NCBI GenBank assembly: GCA_018816625.1
Contig: JAHIVR010000108.1
Location: forward strand, 1-27,196
Length of the DNA: 27,196 nucleotides
Origin: Nanobdellota archaeon
GTDB lineage: Archaea > Nanobdellota > Nanobdellia > Pacearchaeales > GW2011-AR1
Direction of reading: 5' to 3'
In this document: piece after piece, positions 24,335 to 27,196 of the stretch
How positions within the stretch are numbered: position 1 is the first letter of the stretch
How the letters are laid out: each line of letters begins with the position of its first letter
The notes under the pieces: model-generated
The model's input: only the letters and a program-made list of their open reading frames with translations
What the model was told of the DNA's origin: nothing
Database searches by the model: none
Position numbers and translations under genes: made by a program

Positions 24335-26923
24335 ATGGCAGAAGAAGAGGCAAAGATAGGTTTTGTAAAATGGTTTTCTGAACTAAATAAGGATTCTGGC
24401 AGCGTCGCTGGGGGAAAAGGGGCTAATCTCTCCGAAATATTTAATTTAAAAATACCTGTCCCTCCCGGCTTTGTTGTAACAGAACAAGCCTACAAATATT
24501 TTATCAAAAAAGCTGAAATAGATAAAAAAATAAATGAACTCTTAGCACCAATAGCTTATGAAGACACAAAAAAATTAGATGACATAACAAAAAAAATAAG
24601 GGATTTAATTCTAAAATCAGCCATGCCAAAAGATATGGAAGAGGAGATAATAGAATCCTATGAGGCCTTGGGAGTAGATAAAAATGACTATCAAAGAAGC
24701 GCTGCACACGATATATTAAGAACCGGAGCAGAACCCGTTTTTGTTGCGGTAAGAAGTTCTGCCACAACCGAAGACCTTGCAGAAGCAAGCTTTGCAGGAC
24801 AACAAGACTCTTTTGTTAATGTAAAAGGAAATCAAGCACTTATAACTAACATAAAAAAAGCTTTTGCCTCCTTATTCACATCAAGAGCAACCTACTATAG
24901 GAACAAAAAAGGATTCAAACACGAGCAAGCAAGTCTTGCAGTAGTTGTCCAAAAGATGGTTGATAGTGATAAATCTGGCGTCATCTTCTCAAAAGACCCT
25001 TCCTATGATAAAGACACCATACTTATGGAAGCCGTATTTGGCCTAGGAGAAGGAATAGTTTCCGGAAGAATAACTCCAGACACGTATAGAATTTCAAAAG
25101 ATATTGAAATCCTTGACAAGAAAATATCTGAAAAAAAGATAGCAATAACAAGAGATTCTGGGGGAAACCAAGAGATAGTCAAACTAAACGAAGAAAAATC
25201 AAAATCTCAGGTCCTTAAAGACCATGAAATAAAAACACTTGCAGAACTAGCACTGAAACTTGAAGACCATTATAAAAAACCACAAGATATAGAATTCGCT
25301 ATTGAAAACGGAGAAATCTCCATAGTCCAAACACGTCCAATAACAACAATGGAAAAGAGAATAGGTGAAAATGTTGAAGAACTAAAGGGAGAAGTAATCC
25401 TTACAGGTTTGGCAGCATCTCCAGGAATAGGCGTTGGAAAAATAAAAATAGTTCACACAATGGAAGATCTCCAAAAAATAAACAAAGGGGATGTATTGGT
25501 AACAGAGATGACAAACCCAGACATGGTTGTCACAATGCAAAAATCGGCAGCAATAGTAACAGACGAAGGTGGCTTAACAAGCCATGCAGCAATAGTTTCT
25601 AGAGAAATGGGAATTCCTGCCGTAGTTGGAACCCAAGAAGCAACCCAAAAACTAAAAGAAGGGGAAACAATAACTGTAGACGGATTCACAGGAAAAGTTT
25701 ACAAGGGAAAGGTATCTGAAACAGTTCAAAAAGAAATATTAAAAGTAACTTCAGAAACTAAAACAAAAATAAAATTAATTGTGGACCTACCCTCCGCCGC
25801 AAAAAGGGCGTCCGAATCTGGAATAAAGAAGGTTGGATTAACAAGAATTGAAGGGATAATAGCAGAATCCGGAAGACACCCAGAGTATTTCCTAAAACAA
25901 AACAAGATGCAAGAATACGAAGAAATAATCTTTAAGGGAATAAAGGACATAGGACAATACTTTGAAGAAATGTGGATACGTACTTCAGACATAAGAAGTG
26001 ATGAATTCCACAATTTAGAGGGGGCCCCTCAAGAAATAGAAGTAAATCCAATGTTAGGTTTCCACGGAATAAGATACAGCCTAAAAAATCCAGAAATCCT
26101 CAAAGCAGAAATAAGAGCCCTAAAAAGAGTTGCAGAAACAGGAAAAACAATTGGGTTATTGCTCCCCCAAATAATATCTGTTGAGGAAGTAAAAGAGGTA
26201 AAGAAATACACAAAAGAACTGGGATTCAATAAAGCAAAGATAGGAGTGATGGTAGAAACTCCGGCATGTGTACAAATAATAAAAGACATATGTGATGAAG
26301 GGATAGATTTTGTTAGTTTTGGCACAAATGATCTAACGCAATATATGTTAGCAATTGATAGGGGAAATGAAAAGGTCCAGTATCTTTATAACGAAATGCA
26401 CCCAGCAATACTCTACCAAATAGGTTTTGTAATAAGAGTGTGTAAAAGAAACAATGTTGAAACCTCTATCTGCGGTCAATCTGGAAGCACAAAACCAATG
26501 GTGAAATACCTAGTGGAAAGAGGAATAAATAGTATAAGCGTTAACGCAGATAAAGCAAAAGAAATAGCAGATTATGTTGCAGAGTTAGAAAAAAATATGG
26601 TTGAAGGAACAGATGAAGAACCCAGAAGATATCAACCAAAAAAAGAAGAACAACCAATAACTGCCGTAGAGAATGAGAAACAAGAAGAACAAATAAAAAA
26701 AGACATAAAAGAAATAGAAAAAGAGAAAAGAGAATATCAAAGAAAAGAAAATAATAAACCCAAAATAAAAGAACTTAAAAAACATTTTGATCACAAACCA
26801 GAATTCCACCATAAAGACCAAGTTAACGAACCAACAGAAGAAGAACCAGAGTTTAAAGATCACAATGAAGCTAATACCGAACCAAAGATTGAAGAAAAAG
26901 AAGAAAAGCTAGACATATTTTAA
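24335..26923 (+). CDS. ppsA: Phosphoenolpyruvate synthase (pyruvate, water dikinase) with charged C-terminal extension
   Basis: GGKGANL, VRSSATTEDL..ASFAGQ, QTRPIT, GGLTSHAAIVSRE (phospho-His), NPMLG, SFGTNDLTQ, SICGQ. Confidence 0.95.
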   Translation: MAEEEAKIGFVKWFSELNKDSGSVAGGKGANLSEIFNLKIPVPPGFVVTEQAYKYFIKKAEIDKKINELLAPIAYEDTKKLDDITKKIRDLILKSAMPKDMEEEIIESYEALGVDKNDYQRSAAHDILRTGAEPVFVAVRSSATTEDLAEASFAGQQDSFVNVKGNQALITNIKKAFASLFTSRATYYRNKKGFKHEQASLAVVVQKMVDSDKSGVIFSKDPSYDKDTILMEAVFGLGEGIVSGRITPDTYRISKDIEILDKKISEKKIAITRDSGGNQEIVKLNEEKSKSQVLKDHEIKTLAELALKLEDHYKKPQDIEFAIENGEISIVQTRPITTMEKRIGENVEELKGEVILTGLAASPGIGVGKIKIVHTMEDLQKINKGDVLVTEMTNPDMVVTMQKSAAIVTDEGGLTSHAAIVSREMGIPAVVGTQEATQKLKEGETITVDGFTGKVYKGKVSETVQKEILKVTSETKTKIKLIVDLPSAAKRASESGIKKVGLTRIEGIIAESGRHPEYFLKQNKMQEYEEIIFKGIKDIGQYFEEMWIRTSDIRSDEFHNLEGAPQEIEVNPMLGFHGIRYSLKNPEILKAEIRALKRVAETGKTIGLLLPQIISVEEVKEVKKYTKELGFNKAKIGVMVETPACVQIIKDICDEGIDFVSFGTNDLTQYMLAIDRGNEKVQYLYNEMHPAILYQIGFVIRVCKRNNVETSICGQSGSTKPMVKYLVERGINSISVNADKAKEIADYVAELEKNMVEGTDEEPRRYQPKKEEQPITAVENEKQEEQIKKDIKEIEKEKREYQRKENNKPKIKELKKHFDHKPEFHHKDQVNEPTEEEPEFKDHNEANTEPKIEEKEEKLDIF

Positions 26924-26957
26924 TTAAATTTATAAAGATTCAAACCCTCTATAACCC

Positions 26958-27196
26958 ATGACAAAAAAGAAGGTGAAAAAAAGGAAGACTAAAAGAAAAG
27001 CCAAGCCAAAAGTTAGTAAGATTATAGTTCAACAGGCTCCAGTTTTTAAAACTCCAAGAGTTGATAGTGTTTTAATTGAAAATTTTGTGTCGTTACAGAG
27101 AGTTCTTACAAATCTTACCATAAAGTTGGATGGAGTGGCAAACCAGATGACAAAATTGTTGGATATATTTGAGATATCGGCAAAAGCACTAACGGA
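26958..27196 (+). CDS. Hypothetical protein, partial (runs off the right edge)
   Basis: ATG at 26958, open to the end: MTKKKVKKRK...LIENFVSLQRVLTNL...LLDIFEISAK. Confidence 0.7.
   Translation, partial: MTKKKVKKRKTKRKAKPKVSKIIVQQAPVFKTPRVDSVLIENFVSLQRVLTNLTIKLDGVANQMTKLLDIFEISAKALT

Noticed and set aside
13387-26863. Numerous 60-115 aa ORFs overlapping thrS, the SleB-like gene, trpS, the cyclase-like gene, the pilin, htpX, GNAT, lemA and ppsA
   Set aside because: They lie antisense to or out of frame with well-supported genes and have Phe/Leu/Ile-biased shadow composition.

Overview
AT-rich archaeal chromosomal segment. It is most consistent with a DPANN/Nanobdellota (Pacearchaeota-like) genome; this is inferred from BHB-intron tRNAs including tRNA-Ile(UAU), Elp3, an archaeal/eukaryal-type TrpRS, a class III signal-peptide pilin and TATA-type promoters. 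The housekeeping backbone comprises an RbgA-like GTPase, elp3 with a divergent Trm9-like methyltransferase, thrS, trpS, lemA/GNAT/htpX, a ferredoxin missed by the ORF track, and ppsA. The left end holds a large membrane-anchored subtilisin, also missed because it runs off the window. Accessory content includes a tRNA-Glu-anchored, integrase-free array of three short cassettes (Fic; MNT-HEPN; Fic with a substituted active site), a stop-inactivated IS200 with intact ends, a frameshifted glycosyltransferase, a SleB-like cell-wall hydrolase and a receptor-like degenerate nucleotidyl cyclase. Three signals stand out. (1) A dispersed family of short (about 37-39 bp) hairpin mini-elements with covarying stems: two copies lie in frame inside proteins and two carry 14-bp target duplications. 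(2) One N-terminal K-Y...S-R...V...KY[LI]G module is fused to two Fic domains, an MNT antitoxin and the exported protease. (3) The repeat-bounded cassette architecture behind tRNA-Glu. All family assignments come from motif recognition by eye; no database search was run.
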